Positions 26,101 to 38,930 of a DNA stretch of 64,000 bases are shown here, piece by piece. Both the position numbers and the translations under genes were made by a program. How positions within the stretch are numbered: position 1 is the first letter of the stretch; each line of letters begins with the position of its first letter. Under the pieces are notes generated by a model. The model did no database searches, was not told the DNA's origin, and was given only the letters and a program-made list of their open reading frames with translations. This DNA comes from Narcine bancroftii (Eukaryota), in the NCBI RefSeq assembly GCF_036971445.1, contig NC_091477.1, forward strand, positions 120,590,001-120,654,000. Direction: 5' to 3'.

Positions 26101-29100
26101 TGAAATTTTGGAAGACAATGTTAAAATTAATGCATCTTTGAATAATCAGGCTTTACTGTCTTTAAAGGGTGCAGAAGTTAAAGATTTAGATAATTTTGCT
26201 TTTTTATTACAGTCATGGAAGTTAAATAGGTATTGCAAGCAATGCTTGATGGGAAATCCCCAGATGAAGATGGTTTTACTTCTGAATTTTATTAAGAGTT
26301 TCAGGATTTGTTGCTTCCTGTATTAATGGATGTTTTGAAACTGGCCATTGAGAGTGGTTCTTTTCTAGATTCTTTTTCTAAAGCATTGATTACAGTTATT
26401 CCCAAGAAAGATAGAGACCCATTAAAAGTAGGGTCTTATAGACTTCTTTCTTTATTGAATGTGGGTTATAAGATAGTAGTCAAGGGTTTGGCTAATAGAT
26501 TAGCTAAATATTTACTGGAGCTGATTCATGTAGATTTTTAATTTTAATAGGCTGGGTTTATTAAGAATCGGTATTCTGTGGATAATATTGTGAAGTTAAT
26601 TTCTCTGATTAATGTTTCTCAAGACCAACCCGACCAACTTATGATAGTTGCCTTAGATGCTGAGAAGGCTTTCAATAGAGTGGAATGGGGTTTTCTATTT
26701 AAAGTACTGGAATTTTTTTAATTTATTGGTTGGGTGAAGGGTTTATATAAAAACCCATCAAATAGGGTGGTGACAAATGGGAAAATAGCTCCTTCATTTA
26801 TATTATCTAGATCAACTAGACAGGGGTTTCCTTTTTCACCAGCTTTGTTTGCATTGGTGATAGATCTGTTGGCTCAAATGATTAGGCAGAATGGCAGTAT
26901 TAAAGGTGTATGTAGATGAATATAAAATAAATCTATTTGCAGATGATATTTTAATATATCTAACACATCCTATGCAATCACTGGGGTATCTTCAAGCATG
27001 GTTGGAACAATATGGTAGGTTGTCAGGTTATAAAGTTAATTGGGATAAGAATGAAATAATGCCTTTAGAAATGGAAGATTATTCAGCTTGTCAGCAGGTT
27101 ACAAAATTTAGGTGGTCTGATAAAATTAAATACCTGGAAATAATTGTTCATGAATACAATCATTTATATGATCTGAATTATTTGCCATTATTGACTAAAA
27201 TGAAATATGATTTAAATCAATGGAAAGGTTTGCCAATAATTTTGATAAGGTGAGTAAGTTGTATTAAAATGATAATTTTCCTTGTATACAGTAACTTTTT
27301 CAATAAATTCCGTGTACAATTCTGAAAAAAGTTATTTAAAGATTTGAATGTATTAGTGAGGACGTTTTTGTGGAAAAGCAATTTAGCGAGGGTGTCATTA
27401 CAAAAACTGACATGGAAATATGCTTTTGGAGGATTGCAGTTACCTTATTTTCAAAACTATTATGATGTGGTGCAATTAAAATTTATTAATAGAATATTTG
27501 AAATAGATCAACCTTTGGCATGGGCTAAAATTGAAATGGCTCAGATTCATGAACAAAGAATGGATCAATTAATTTATAAATGGAACCCTCAACTTTTTCA
27601 AAATTAAAATTTACCTGTGTTCTGGCATGAGAAAAAACATATTATAGGGACTGAAAGAAGAAGTTCAGCTAAAACTCTTTTGTATTAGAATAAATTGTTT
27701 TCCTTTTCAATGAGTAATCAACTTTTGAAATTATGGGAACAGAGAGGTATTAAATTGATGGAATATTGTTGTGAAGCTGGGTATTTTGTTTCATTTCATA
27801 GACTGAAGGAAAAAATATGGAATTTCTTCGAAAACGTTATTTACTTATTACCAGATTTGAGCCTTGCTGCTAGATAAATTTGGATGCAGCTTAAGGTTAA
27901 CTAGACTTGAAAATTTACTTGCCAAAAGTGGTGAAATATGGTTTATCTCAGATATGTATGGTTTATTGTATCATCAAATGTTTAAACCAGATGTTTATAA
28001 AACAAGTATTAAATGGAAGAAGGACTTGTCTATTTCAATTTCTCAGGATGATTGGATAACTCTATGTGAAGAGAGCATGACTAAAATAAATAATGTAAGA
28101 TATAGATTAGTCCATTATAACTTTATTCATCAGGTTTATTTAACTCCCGAGAAGTTAAGGAAATATGGACTTTGTTCTTTAGATTTGTGTTTTCGATTAG
28201 GTAAACAGGTTGGGTCTTTTTTTACATTCAGTATGGCTCTGTGAGACATTGAGGCCTTTTTGGAATAGAATTATGGAATCTTTGGAAAGTTTGTTCCAAT
28301 TTAAGCTTTCACGTGATCCTTTAGTATTTTTATTGGGATATATTAAGAAACTCGGTTTGGAATTAAAATTAGATAAGTTTCATATTGCATTTATTGGATT
28401 AGCATTGGCTGTGGTGAGAAAATGTTTAGCTATTACTTGAAAGAATGAAATTGAGTTGAGTATTCAAATATGGCACATGGAGATGTGATCCTGTATTCCA
28501 CTAGAAAAGATAACTTATAATTTATGTAATAATTATTCATTTTTTTGTTAAGATGTGGAGCACTTATATGAAATATATGGCTTTAAATATATAGTAGAAT
28601 TTTTTCCCCAGGTTGAGATGGCACCTAACATGGCGACGGTTTGATTATTATATGTATTAACTCCTTTTCTTTCTTTCTCTCCTTCTTTGGGGTATGTATA
28701 AGTTGAGGGGAGAGGTGATGGGTGGGGACTGGGAGGAACTTAGGGGAGAACATTATGTATATTTGCATTCTTTACTTGATTGCATGCCTTATTTTGAATA
28801 ATAAATAAAATGTACCAAAAAAAGCAAATTGGGATTCGGGAGGGTTCTGAGGGCAAGAAGGCTCCCAAAGGTTTTCGGGCACTAAGGGCTTCCTCGTCGT
28901 GTGGAACATGTGCTTCTGGAGCTCTCGTTGCCGATGGGGCGAACGGGAGTCGCTCAGGCTGCAGAGTTTGCAAAATCACTGGAGGCGAATGTAGGGACAA
29001 TCCGCGTCTCTGAATGAACTCTCTCTTGTTTCTTTCTCGACAATGCTAATGGCGACTCTGTTTGCCTTGCAGTTGTCAACAGTTGAAGTATATCATGCAT

Positions 29101-30559
29101 ATTACATTTTAATGAATTATTACGGGACAATAGAAGTAACCTTGGATTTTGAACTTCATTACAGAAAGGATGCAGGTGCTTCAGAGAGGATGCAGAGGAG
29201 ATTCATCAGGATGTGCCCTGATTAGAGTGCATGTCTTATGAAGCAAAGTTTCAAAGATTGGCTTTTCTCTTTGGAGCAGGTGACTTAACAGTGGTGTACA
29301 AGATCATGAGGGGCTTAGAGAGAGTAGATAACCAGCACCTCTTTTCAGAGCACACCTGTTTGAACGGGGAGATATCATGTGTAGGGTTTTATTCACACAG
29401 AGAGTGGTGGGTGCCTGGAATATTCACAGGGCACCTAGATGGGAACATGGATTTAGAAAAAGTAGGATAATTGAAATGAGATAACGATGGATTAGATTTT
29501 TAGAGAATAGGTTTAATAGGTCAGGACAACGGGGTTGGCTGAAGGGCCTGCGCGTTGCCGTATGCTCGAAGTTCTATGATTAATTTGTTAATGGTTTAAG
29601 AGTATATCCCCCTTAAAAGATACATCATATAGTTCCACTTAATAAAGAATATGCAGACTTTAATATATTTGTTTAGTCTCATCAGATACATGATGTTATG
29701 GCAACAGATCTGGAATGGATTCATACTGTAATATCTATTTGACAAACAGATGTCAATTTATATTTGTGGAAGAGAGCGTAAAATGGTTCTGAGGGTAATC
29801 ACAAATTTTGGAAAAATAAACAAAAGAAAGGGTGAAATGGGCAGGAAGATCACGGGACTAAACCGACAGGGTTTACATACAAAACACATATAACGTATCC
29901 TTTTTCTGAAGACAGAATTTCCAATCAGACGTTGGGCGCCTCGAGAAAATGCTTCACTAGATGCTGTGTGTTGGAAATCTACATCAATGGTTTGGTTGCT
30001 TTGGTGCGGAATCATGATGAAGTAATTGTATTCATTGCGTTCAGAATTGTATTCATTGTGTCTCAAAAGTGCACACAAATGCTGGTGGCACTCATGTGCT
30101 TTCATTATGCCACTATTTCCTGAAAGGAAACCGTTTCCGAATAAACAACAAATGTATTTTAACTTAATATCAACGTTTTAAAGCTGAAGCAAAATGTTAA
30201 ATTTAATATTCTGTAACAATGGTGCTTAACTGACAAAGGTAACAGTGAGCAACGTTGCCAAACAATCATTAACTCTCTGTTTAAAAATCAATTCGATGTG
30301 TCTCAGCAATTTCTACACTATAGAAAAACATGCCGGTTTACAAGGGGTGGACTCACCTTCTGCACACTGTTCTTTTCGGGGTAAATGCAAATGAATGGAA
30401 GTTTTGAACCATATCCATATGCACATTAAATATTCCACCAAGAATGATGTCTCCATCCTTTTCTAAATCCGACAAATTGGCTTTAGCTCGACGCTTACAA
30501 ACGATTCTTTGCGTTTCATCTGCAGTGAACAGCAAAAGCAGAACTAGAAACCGAATCAT
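13290..30559 (-). CDS. V2R/OlfC-family class C GPCR, gene B, complete (exons 30357-30559, 21518-21809, 17848-18681, 15180-15407, 14596-14719, 13290-14197; about 862 aa)
   Basis: All six exons have canonical GT-AG sites and sum to 2589 nt in frame. Venus flytrap, cysteine-rich domain (CCFDCAEC) and 7TM ([27 protein letters not shown]) are present. Confidence 0.93.
14310..14550 (+). mobile_element. degenerate tRNA-derived SINE in gene B intron 5
   Basis: Shares the gggtttcccc...tcccacccttcaaaa core with the SINE at 46866-47100. Confidence 0.5.
14596..14719 (-). CDS. gene B exon 5
   Basis: [16 protein letters not shown]...[17 protein letters not shown]; 124 nt; GT-AG. Confidence 0.93.
15180..15407 (-). 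CDS. gene B exon 4
   Basis: [16 protein letters not shown]...[11 protein letters not shown]; 228 nt; GT-AG. Confidence 0.93.
15680..17340 (-). mobile_element. CR1-type LINE remnant in gene B intron 3
   Basis: Degenerate ORF2 fragments (DWQLNVLGF; NVKENPNGF...[10 protein letters not shown]). Confidence 0.65.
17848..18681 (-). CDS. gene B exon 3
   Basis: tctctgcag|GTC ... CAG|gtattg; 834 nt open. Confidence 0.94.
18713..21228 (+). mobile_element. L1-clade LINE ORF2 internal fragment (degenerate) in gene B intron 2
   Basis: YSRIDF and SDHSP endonuclease motifs, LDAEK, RQGCPLS and LFADD RT motifs; many stops; no 3' tail. Confidence 0.85.
21518..21809 (-). CDS. gene B exon 2
   Basis: cttcag|T ... 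CTG|gtaatg; 292 nt. Confidence 0.94.
24533..24992 (+). mobile_element. CR1 3' remnant
   Basis: [12 protein letters not shown]...[13 protein letters not shown]. Confidence 0.7.
24993..28823 (+). mobile_element. L1-clade LINE, near-complete degenerate ORF2 plus 3' UTR and A tail, in gene B intron 1
   Basis: [27 protein letters not shown] and LFADD motifs plus the C-terminal HSVWLC; AATAAA and an A-rich end. Confidence 0.88.
30357..30559 (-). CDS. gene B exon 1
   Basis: [11 protein letters not shown]...[10 protein letters not shown]; 203 nt; AG|gtgagt. Confidence 0.93.
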
Positions 30560-30615
30560 TGTTCTATTACAGAAAATCTCTCACTATTGTTCTTCGGTAA
30601 AGGGAAGAACCTGGA

Positions 30616-30621
30616 TTTATA
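30616..30621 (-). promoter_or_regulatory. putative TATA box, gene B
   Basis: TATAAA 57-62 nt upstream of the ATG. Confidence 0.6.
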
Positions 30622-31559
30622 TTGTGTCTGTCAAGAATTGGGGATTTCCCAAAGTGATTTAGAAGCCCTGCAACTGCTGTAATATCGTAATTCTCCAATC
30701 ATGGCATGACACACGCGGGACTCGTGAGTTGATGACGAAGGATCTACTCAGGGCGAAATTACTTGACAGAGAATAACAATTACATATATTTTTTTCGATC
30801 TGATTACATTTTCCAGTGATATATGAATTAACCCCAGAGAGTACAAGGCGCCGTCGCTCCGATGAGAGCCATCAGATATGTAATTTACACGCGACCCCAT
30901 TCCATTAGGAATACCTAATTTAAATCTAGTAATACTTCCATAAAATAATACAATTTTATTTATTTCATGAACGAGGGGCACAAGTTTAAGGAGTGCGAGG
31001 TAAGATTTAAAAGGAACACGAGGCAAGTTTTAACCCAGATGTTAATCCGTGTTGGCAGCGAGGTGACAGGTGAAACGACAGAAGCGGACACAAACAGCGT
31101 TCTGAAGACAGAGGGGAAAATTTATGGCTGTGAGCTGCTTGAATGGGATTATGGGCTAGTCCAAGTATTGAAGTATCCCATAATTCCAACTTGGTCGGGA
31201 TGGACAAGGAGCCTGTTCCTAACTCTACCACTCAATGATTCAAAGTAACATTGAAGAGAGTGAACAATGTGCACGTTGATACTCATTCGCCCTTTAAGTA
31301 AAGCCAACATTTAATTTCCATTTATAATTCCCGTCATGAGATTCTTGAGTGGTCGATCACTGCACACATTAACTAAAGCCTTCCAGCCATTTTTCACCCA
31401 CACCATCGCATCCTGCCGAAATCGATCCACAGCAGTTGCCATTTCCCAGTCCTCGAACACGTGGGCTGCAAGAAACCTGTCACCAGCCTGTTATTTATTG
31501 AGTACAGCACCGCTCTCTGCACAATAACACCAAGCAAACGAATCCACAATCTGCGTAAA

Positions 31560-32060
31560 TTTAGTTACAGAATCATCTTTGAAGTTGGCTTCATGAATGA
31601 TTATACACAGGCCGTAATTCATGGAATTGCTGACAGGACCTTCTCCATGATTATCCTCAACATTGGAACACGACAGGGCTGCCTATTCAGTCCTCTTCAG
31701 CACTCTCTATACATACAAATGCCCCAACTCTAAATCTGCGGAAGACTTTTGTAGTTAGCCTCTTCAACAGATAAGAGGAATACAGAAACGTGAAAGAGGA
31801 ACACTTCGCTTGACGCCAGGAAGCAACCTTTCTCTCAATGTCATTCAGACAAAAGAACCGGTGATCCAATTCCGGAAGAGAAGTGCAGATCATCCCCCAG
31901 TTTGAATGAATGGTGCTGAAGTGGATATTGTAGCAGCATTACGTTCCTTGAGGCAATCATCTCCAGTTGCCTGGTCCATCCAGGACAATTTAATGGGCAT
32001 GAAAGTGCACCAGCACTTCTACCTCAGAAAACTAAAGAGATTTTCTTAGCATTAACTCTT
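31560..32060 (+). mobile_element. Rex1-like RT remnant (paralogous to about 6300-6690)
   Basis: NIGTRQGCLFSP fragment; the same remnant sits upstream of gene A. Confidence 0.5.
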
Positions 32061-32069
32061 TTGCAACTT

Positions 32070-32233
32070 CTACACCCAACCCAACCCCAACCCCAACCAA
32101 CCAATTTTCCCCTGCAGCCGCTGCAACCGTGTCTGCCTGTCCCGCATCGGACTTGTCAGCCACAAACGAGCCTGCAGCTGACGTGGACTTTTACCCCCTC
32201 CATAAATCTTCGTCCGCGAAGCCAAGCCAAAGA
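32070..32233 (+). mobile_element. RTE LINE 3' fragment
   Basis: Near-identical to the 3' ends of the other RTE copies ([26 protein letters not shown]). Confidence 0.85.
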
Positions 32234-33099
32234 CTGGTGCACATTTTAAATAATGCTTGCATGGTGAATTACTGCGTGGGATTGAAATTGTGCCGTCCAA
32301 TACCACAAGGATCTGGAAATGGTTGTGAACGTGTTTCTCTCTATCACACACTCACAGGGTTCCCCCAAACGACTGGGAGTCGCTTCTAGTTTCGTCCGCC
32401 GTAATGGCGGGGATCTTCCAATGGTCAAGACTTTCAATCCCTGTTCCATTCCTTTGCCCTCATGTCTTTCCATGATCTCATGTCCTCACAGACTTAGACC
32501 AGCCGAAGATTGGAGGAACAACAGCTTATTTTCTGGTCGGAAATATGTGTGCCCCCACAAAGGGCCGTGAAGCATCCGGCTAGCACACTTTATATTGCAC
32601 GTTTTGCTGAAGTTTTCCACGGTTTCCGTTGCCAAACCAAAACTGCAAACTCCTGAGGTCGAAGAGACGCTCACGATGATAATCGTGAAGGATGAAGATA
32701 CACAGATACAGAGAAGAGAAGACGACACAGACATGGATACAGACACAGAAGATGAGGAAGAAGACCAAGAATTTCAAAGGAAGGAAGAAAGCAAAATAGA
32801 AGGACAAAGTTAATTCATGACCTCAGAGTGAAGATATGTGGGGATAGCAGCCATTCAAATGCGACAGTCAATCGGAGAAAGTGAATAATGAATGCAAGAT
32901 CGGTATTTTTTAGGAGACAATAGGACAGTACAAGAAAAGTTTCAGGACATGGGTTAAGGTACAATAGGGAAATAATAGGAATATTAAAAAGACCGCGTTC
33001 ACACACAGATTGAGGGAACTAACGGCTGAATTTGTACTTGCAAGCTTAATTTTGTCATTTCAGGAAATTTTGAACGGGTTCTAGGATAGAAAGGACATG

Positions 33100-34530
33100 G
33101 AGGGATATTAACCGAGAGCGGGAAAAAATGAAAGAGACACAAGATTTATTGTCACAAAAAAATTGGCGTATTGGAAAACTACAGTTGGCGAAACAACATA
33201 AAAATAGTGGGCCTGAAAGAAGGCAAAGAAGGGTCAAGTATGGAGGAATTTATAAAAGGATGGATCCCGAAGGTGTTGAGAATGACAGATTCACATGAAG
33301 AAATAGAAACTAAAAGGGCGTAAAGAGCACTAGTACCGAAACCACCACCACATCAGAAACTGAGATCCATATTGGTAAAACGTCTAAGATATATGACAAG
33401 AGAGAACATACTGGAGCAGGCAAGTAAGAAGGTTAGAGGAGACAATAAGCCATTGGAATATAAAGGACAAAAAATATTTTTTTACCTGGACATAAACTTC
33501 GAACTTTTATAGAAGAGGAAGGAATTCAACATGGTGAAAACAATCAGTATTTATTTCTGGGAAAGAGAATAGACTGCTCTCAGACCCAAAGAAAGCCCAA
33601 GAATTTGCTGAACATTTGCAGGACAGGAGAAGAGAGGAGGAGAAGTGTCAAGAAGGATGCCCAGCAAGAAAATATATAAAAATATGTAAAAATAATGTAT
33701 ATATAAAGATTTAAAGATGGATAAGAGAAGGGGAAGAAGGGGCAAAGAGAGAGAGCTTTGTTATATATGTAGGAAAATAGTGTTCTCTGGGGTGGGCTGG
33801 GGGGAGAATAATGGTTATTGTGAAAGCGAATGACACTTGTGAGTAATTTCGCAAACCAAATGGAAAGGGGAGTTGTAGTTGTGGTCAAGGGACAAGGGGC
33901 AACCCAAGGAGGTAGGGTTCATTTGGGGTTAAAGGGTTATTACTTGTGCGGAATATTTCATGTCTTAAGTGTGTTGTCATATATAGAGATTAAAAAGGAA
34001 ACCTTAAAAAACAGTAATGGAAAAAAAAGGGGATAGAGGTGGTGAAGAGGTGGAAAAGAAGTGAAAATAAACATATAAGATGGCCACGTTGAACTATATG
34101 ACTATAAACATTAAGGAATAAATAACCAAATTTAAGTGTATCCCATTGGAAGAAAAAAAATCACATATAATTTAAAAGACAAAGTTACAATGTTTGAAAA
34201 AACCTGGGAATCATACATGGAACTTAAAAGAAAGAGCAAGCCTTGGACCACCACCACCTAAAATGATAAGAAGATAAACACGATCAGATTTAATGTGAAT
34301 AAGTAGATGATACGTCTTTTTTGTTTGTATTCCTTTTGTATAAAGATATTGTTTTATTGTATTTTATATGTGCAATATTTACTGTTTTTGGAGGAGGGTG
34401 GGAAGGGAGAAGGGAGGGATGGGGGTTAAAAAAAAAGAGAAAATGTCACTGTGTATATTTAAAGAGATGCATCTGTAAATATTTTGGTTGATATGGTTCA
34501 TGGTGCGATAAAGAATTACCAAAAAAAAAG
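33100..34530 (+). mobile_element. L1-clade element: ORF1 C-terminal part, internally deleted ORF2, 3' UTR and polyA
   Basis: ENYSWRNNIKIVGLKEG...RALVPKP...RSILVK ORF1 motifs. The ORF2 start (ATG 34080, MATLNYMTINI) is fused at about 34135 to the ORF2 C-terminus (CIPLE..ITYNLKDK). A tail at about 34521. Confidence 0.7.
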
Positions 34531-35419
34531 AAAGAAGGAAGAGAGAATAGAGGGAAATACTGGCTGATTTGCTTCTCATGGTCCTTTGGAAGATTCTCAG
34601 CTTATGCACAGGGATACCCAAGCCCTCTGATTATCAACACCCAAATCCCTCCCCAATTGCAAACTTCTCAGCATTGCGTTGTTTTCACCACAGCCCTTCT
34701 TGCGCATTGTGCTGCAGCCGCATGTATCTGCAGATTCCCTCCGCCTGTTAGTTTCCTTTTGAAGTTCCTCATAATATCCAATATTCCTCATTTTGTGTCA
34801 ACAGCAAATATGAAAATGTTACATTCCCATTGACAACGTTCGTTGATGTCGATTGAGCTCCAGCTTCGTGCTTCCTGTACACCACTACTCACAAGTGAAC
34901 CCAATGAAAGCAGAAAGAACCCATCACAAATAACCCTTAATTCCCTTAAATAATGAACGATCGACCCACGACAAGTTAAACTCAATTTTTCAATTAGAGC
35001 TGCAAATGTGTTGCCCCGTGTGATGATTCTACCTGAAGTAACCAGGAATATAAATCTCCTTAATCCATTTCTCTCATTCTGTGTTATATCTATGCACGGC
35101 CCAGTTTGTAGCAGCTTTTAATGTTCTGAATCGAGCACATTTCTTTTCAATTCTCATCAAATTAAACTACCGACCCATCAATAACGAATCAAGAAAATTT
35201 TAATATGCAGGAATCAGATACACTGACGTGCAATAGAACTCACACGCGTTTTAATAATAGTACAGAAGCTGGAGGGGCATCTGAACTCGAAGGAGTGTCC
35301 CGATCTGAAACGTTGGCTGTGCGTTTCCCTCTATGGGGGCTGCCTGGCCCGTTGACTCTCAGTAGCTTTTCGTTGTTTACTCAGGATTCCAGCATCTGCA
35401 ATTTCGCGTGTTTCTTAGT

Positions 35420-35983
35420 TTATGGTGAAGTTCATTTGCCCATCATGTATTTCTTTGTGTTATTTTGCACTAAAATAATGTAATATTTGGGTGCAAAAAT
35501 ACAGACCAACAAACCAAAGCTTGAGACCCAGATAGAAAACACTTCCACGGCCACCGTGTTCTCCCTGGAGAACTCGCATAAGTTGGAATAAAAGTGCTGA
35601 AGGTGATGTACTTGGCGTCGTTGAAATTATCTGGAAGTTTCCGGGAAAGGAAACCGAGAACTAAACACACCGTAGATAAAAGAGCAATAGAGGCCGATAC
35701 CAAGTAAAAGGCCGTTAATGACCCCACGTCACATTCCAGAATAATGATGTCTCGATAATAGCTCATGTTTTTCAGGGGATGGGGAGGTGGCACACTTAGC
35801 CAGACAACGCAAATTGAAACTTGCAAAAATGTCAGGATACATACACACACCCAGCCGTTTATCACGCTCCTGTTGGGAAGAGTTGCTTTAAAGGCAACCA
35901 CAACAAGAATGGTTTTGCCCAAAATGCAAGAAATACAGAGAACTAAAACAACTCCGAAAACAGTGCGACGCAACCTGCAAGAC
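35420..35983 (-). pseudogene. V2R/OlfC exon-6 remnant (copy D), 5'-truncated
   Basis: Homologous to B 13290-13905. Lesions are a deletion of about 22 nt (NWFGPAQQ region), a 27-nt deletion in TM6, a 1-nt frameshift after SSPG and a 9-nt deletion near the C-terminus. No upstream exons. Confidence 0.9.
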
Positions 35984-38559
35984 ACAGATGTTCAAGATGT
36001 TTTTAAATGGCGTAATTGTACCCACCTCTTCAACGACCTGCAGCACTTTGCATTGTTTCTGTGTGAAAAGGTTAAGTTCAGGTCCATTTAAAATATTCCA
36101 TCGCTCATCGCACTCTCGTTTTAAATTTTCCTATCCCAGAATAGTACGTGTGACTTTTCACGTTTGAAATGCCATCTTATATTCTTTATATCCCTGGAAG
36201 GCCGCCTCTCATCCTCCCATCCTTTAAGAATGATAGTCCAAGCCTATCCAGCTTCTATCTTCAATTCTATGCCTTCATTTCCTGTAAAATCCTTGTAAAT
36301 CTTTTTCAACATTTACAGATTAATGTACAGCGGCAACCCATTCTCTCTAACCAATGTTTGTATGTTCGATTGCCATCAAAGTGTACACATCAGAGAGATT
36401 TGAGGCCCCTACAGCCCAGCAAAATCCATCCTGGGCATTAAAACTAGTCTCAGAATATACCCTTTTTATTTGCCTCAAATCTCATGAGCTCCATAAAGGT
36501 GCTACCAGCCACCCTCTTAGCAGTAACCATTTAACTCACGAACCCCCTCCCTATACCTTAGGAATGCTCAAGGACTGGAAATGACCAGTGGAATCATGAA
36601 TGTTCACAGGCTGCACTTGCAATGACGATACAAACAGAGGTTGAGCACGGGATCGAACCAGGGTCATCGGAGCTTTCAGTAAGCGGCTGTACCAGCATGT
36701 TGCCTGCATACATTTCAATCTCTCTCAAATGGTGAAAAGGGGGCGGGAATGGTCATTGTTCAACTCAGATGAGAAAAAGAATGCGGCCCCAGTGAAAGGC
36801 TGGCCATTTTCTTTTTCTTTCCAGTGAATCGAACCTCTCACCAACCTCTAAAAACGAAGTTTTTCTCTGGTGAGGACAAAAATATATCGACGCGATTATT
36901 TTACCAACCGTCCGATGCTTTACGAAGTCTTGCAGAACATGATTTTTCAGATTTGAGAATCTTCAATATTTCCCAGGTTTTTATCTGCAACATCTTGAAC
37001 GATTCCAATTTTAATCGTGGAAATAAAGTGTCTACAGTTGAATGACGAACTACACGCCGTCATTTCAACAAACTATGACAGATGAGCAATACAAATGGGA
37101 TGGGAAGAATATAAGAAATCACGGTGGCCATTCAGCCCAACGTTCAAATTCCTCATCTCTTCCATTGAAATCCTTTCATACACCCGCCTTATTCTAATCA
37201 AGGTCCGTGTTTCACTCATGATTGTTCCAATTATCCAATCACTCTTGGTGTTGCAATCCCAGATTTTCATTTCTCCGTGTGTTTCACTCCTTGGTAACCA
37301 AGAGCAAACATGTCCTACCTCTTTGTTGACCTGCCTATCTGTAAATGCCATTATCCATTTCAGAGATCAACACAATTGTCACCCACATTCATGCAATTTA
37401 ACTTCATGACTGGAGGAGTTTTGTTTTGTTTTTACAAGGTACCTGTTTGGCTGCATCAGGTTCACATGTATATTGTGCTTAGATATATGACAATAAACAT
37501 TATCATTCTGATTTAACTGAATATTGGGTTCCACAACTACATCGTGGTTGCTTCGCCAGTGCATCGCAGACTTGTGCTCAATTCTGAGCGCCACATGCCT
37601 GATGAAAGGTCGGTCCTTAAGAGATAACCAGAAGGTGCTCATTAAGCACATCACATGGCTGAATAACTCCAGTTCTGTGTATAGTCTGGAGACACAGGAC
37701 CTTTCTGCTTGGAATGAAGGAGGATGTGCAGTCATGTATTCGAAGAATTAAATCATGAAGGGTATGGACAGCGTGGACGAAGGGAAGTAGTCCTCATTGG
37801 AATAACATTCAGGATTTGACCATTCTACTCTGGGAAACAGACTGACGATCAATCCCGTCAACGCCTCCAATATTTCATGTGTCAGGTCGCCCCTTGGTCT
37901 CCGACTCTCCAGAGAAAACAATCTAAGTTTGTCCAACCTCTCCTTTTACGTGATGTACTCCAATCCAGGGAATGTCTTATTTTGCATCCCTTCAAAGGCC
38001 TCCACATCCTTCCTGTAATGAGGCAACTAGAGGCTTCTATTTATATCATAGGGAGATGAAGCCATACAGGTCCTTCCGCCCATTACGTCCATGCAGATGA
38101 CGTTGGCATTGTGGGTTCGTCCCATTACCCTGAAAGAAATGGACAGTGTGGATGGAGAGTAAGTTCTTAATAACAGAGTGGTCTAAAATGAACTGGACCA
38201 CCCAAACTTTTCTGCTTTTGTGGGATTTGAGATGTGGGAGGAAACTAATAGGGGCACGATGAGTACTTTCACAAAATCATCTGTGGAGAAAAGCAAAAGT
38301 CCATCGGGCCTTTCGTTAAAAAATAACATCTCCAGCCCATGTCAGGGATTGTTTCAAAATGCATTTCTGATGAACCCCTTTACTTTCACGGTTAAAGGTC
38401 GACCGCTTTATTTCCCTCAGCAATTTGCTTTTGCTTCCTAATCCACCATCTGCCGTCTCTTTGTCTTCTTGTAGTTAACACGCTGCTTAAAACTTTTTCC
38501 CCAAAACTGGACTTTGTTCACAATAAATTATTTATAAAAAAAAGAAAACCGTTCAAATT

Positions 38560-38930
38560 CTTTTACACCTGTTGTACAAATCATGTATATACGTTCCCAT
38601 CAATGTGCATTGTCACATTTGTCCTCTAAATACACCATTACCACCCCGTGACACCTTGTTGCTTCTCCTCCCTCTGTGTCTGAGGGAATTCTCCTCGGTC
38701 TCTGCCCCTCAATTCCTGGTAATGGGAGGACTCCAGATGGTGGTCCTTCCCAACAGCGTCCTGACTGTACCAAACCTCAGCATGTATTCCTGCATCCTGG
38801 AATGTGTCCGTCGGCAGCATTCTTGCGCCTACATGTGCTGAAAGACCAGGAAGTTGACCAAAGGAGGACCGAGGTGGTGGTCTTCCAGCAGTTCTGGATA
38901 TTTGCCTCTGTGTGGGTCCCCGGGAGTAGC
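38560..38930 (-). mobile_element. Tx1-like LINE 3' remnant
   Basis: The minus strand encodes a degenerate ...FLVFQH..ECCRRTHSRMQEYMLR...GRTT, resembling a Tx1 ORF2 C-terminus. Confidence 0.45.

Noticed and set aside
13290-30559. CASR ortholog assignment
   Set aside because: Multiple tandem paralogs, a short C-tail and V2R-type motifs ([15 protein letters not shown]) indicate V2R/OlfC. No gene symbol was assigned.
35470-35985. 171-aa ORF as a functional truncated receptor
   Set aside because: It has deletions in the loop before TM4 and in TM6, a frameshift before TM7, and no upstream exons.
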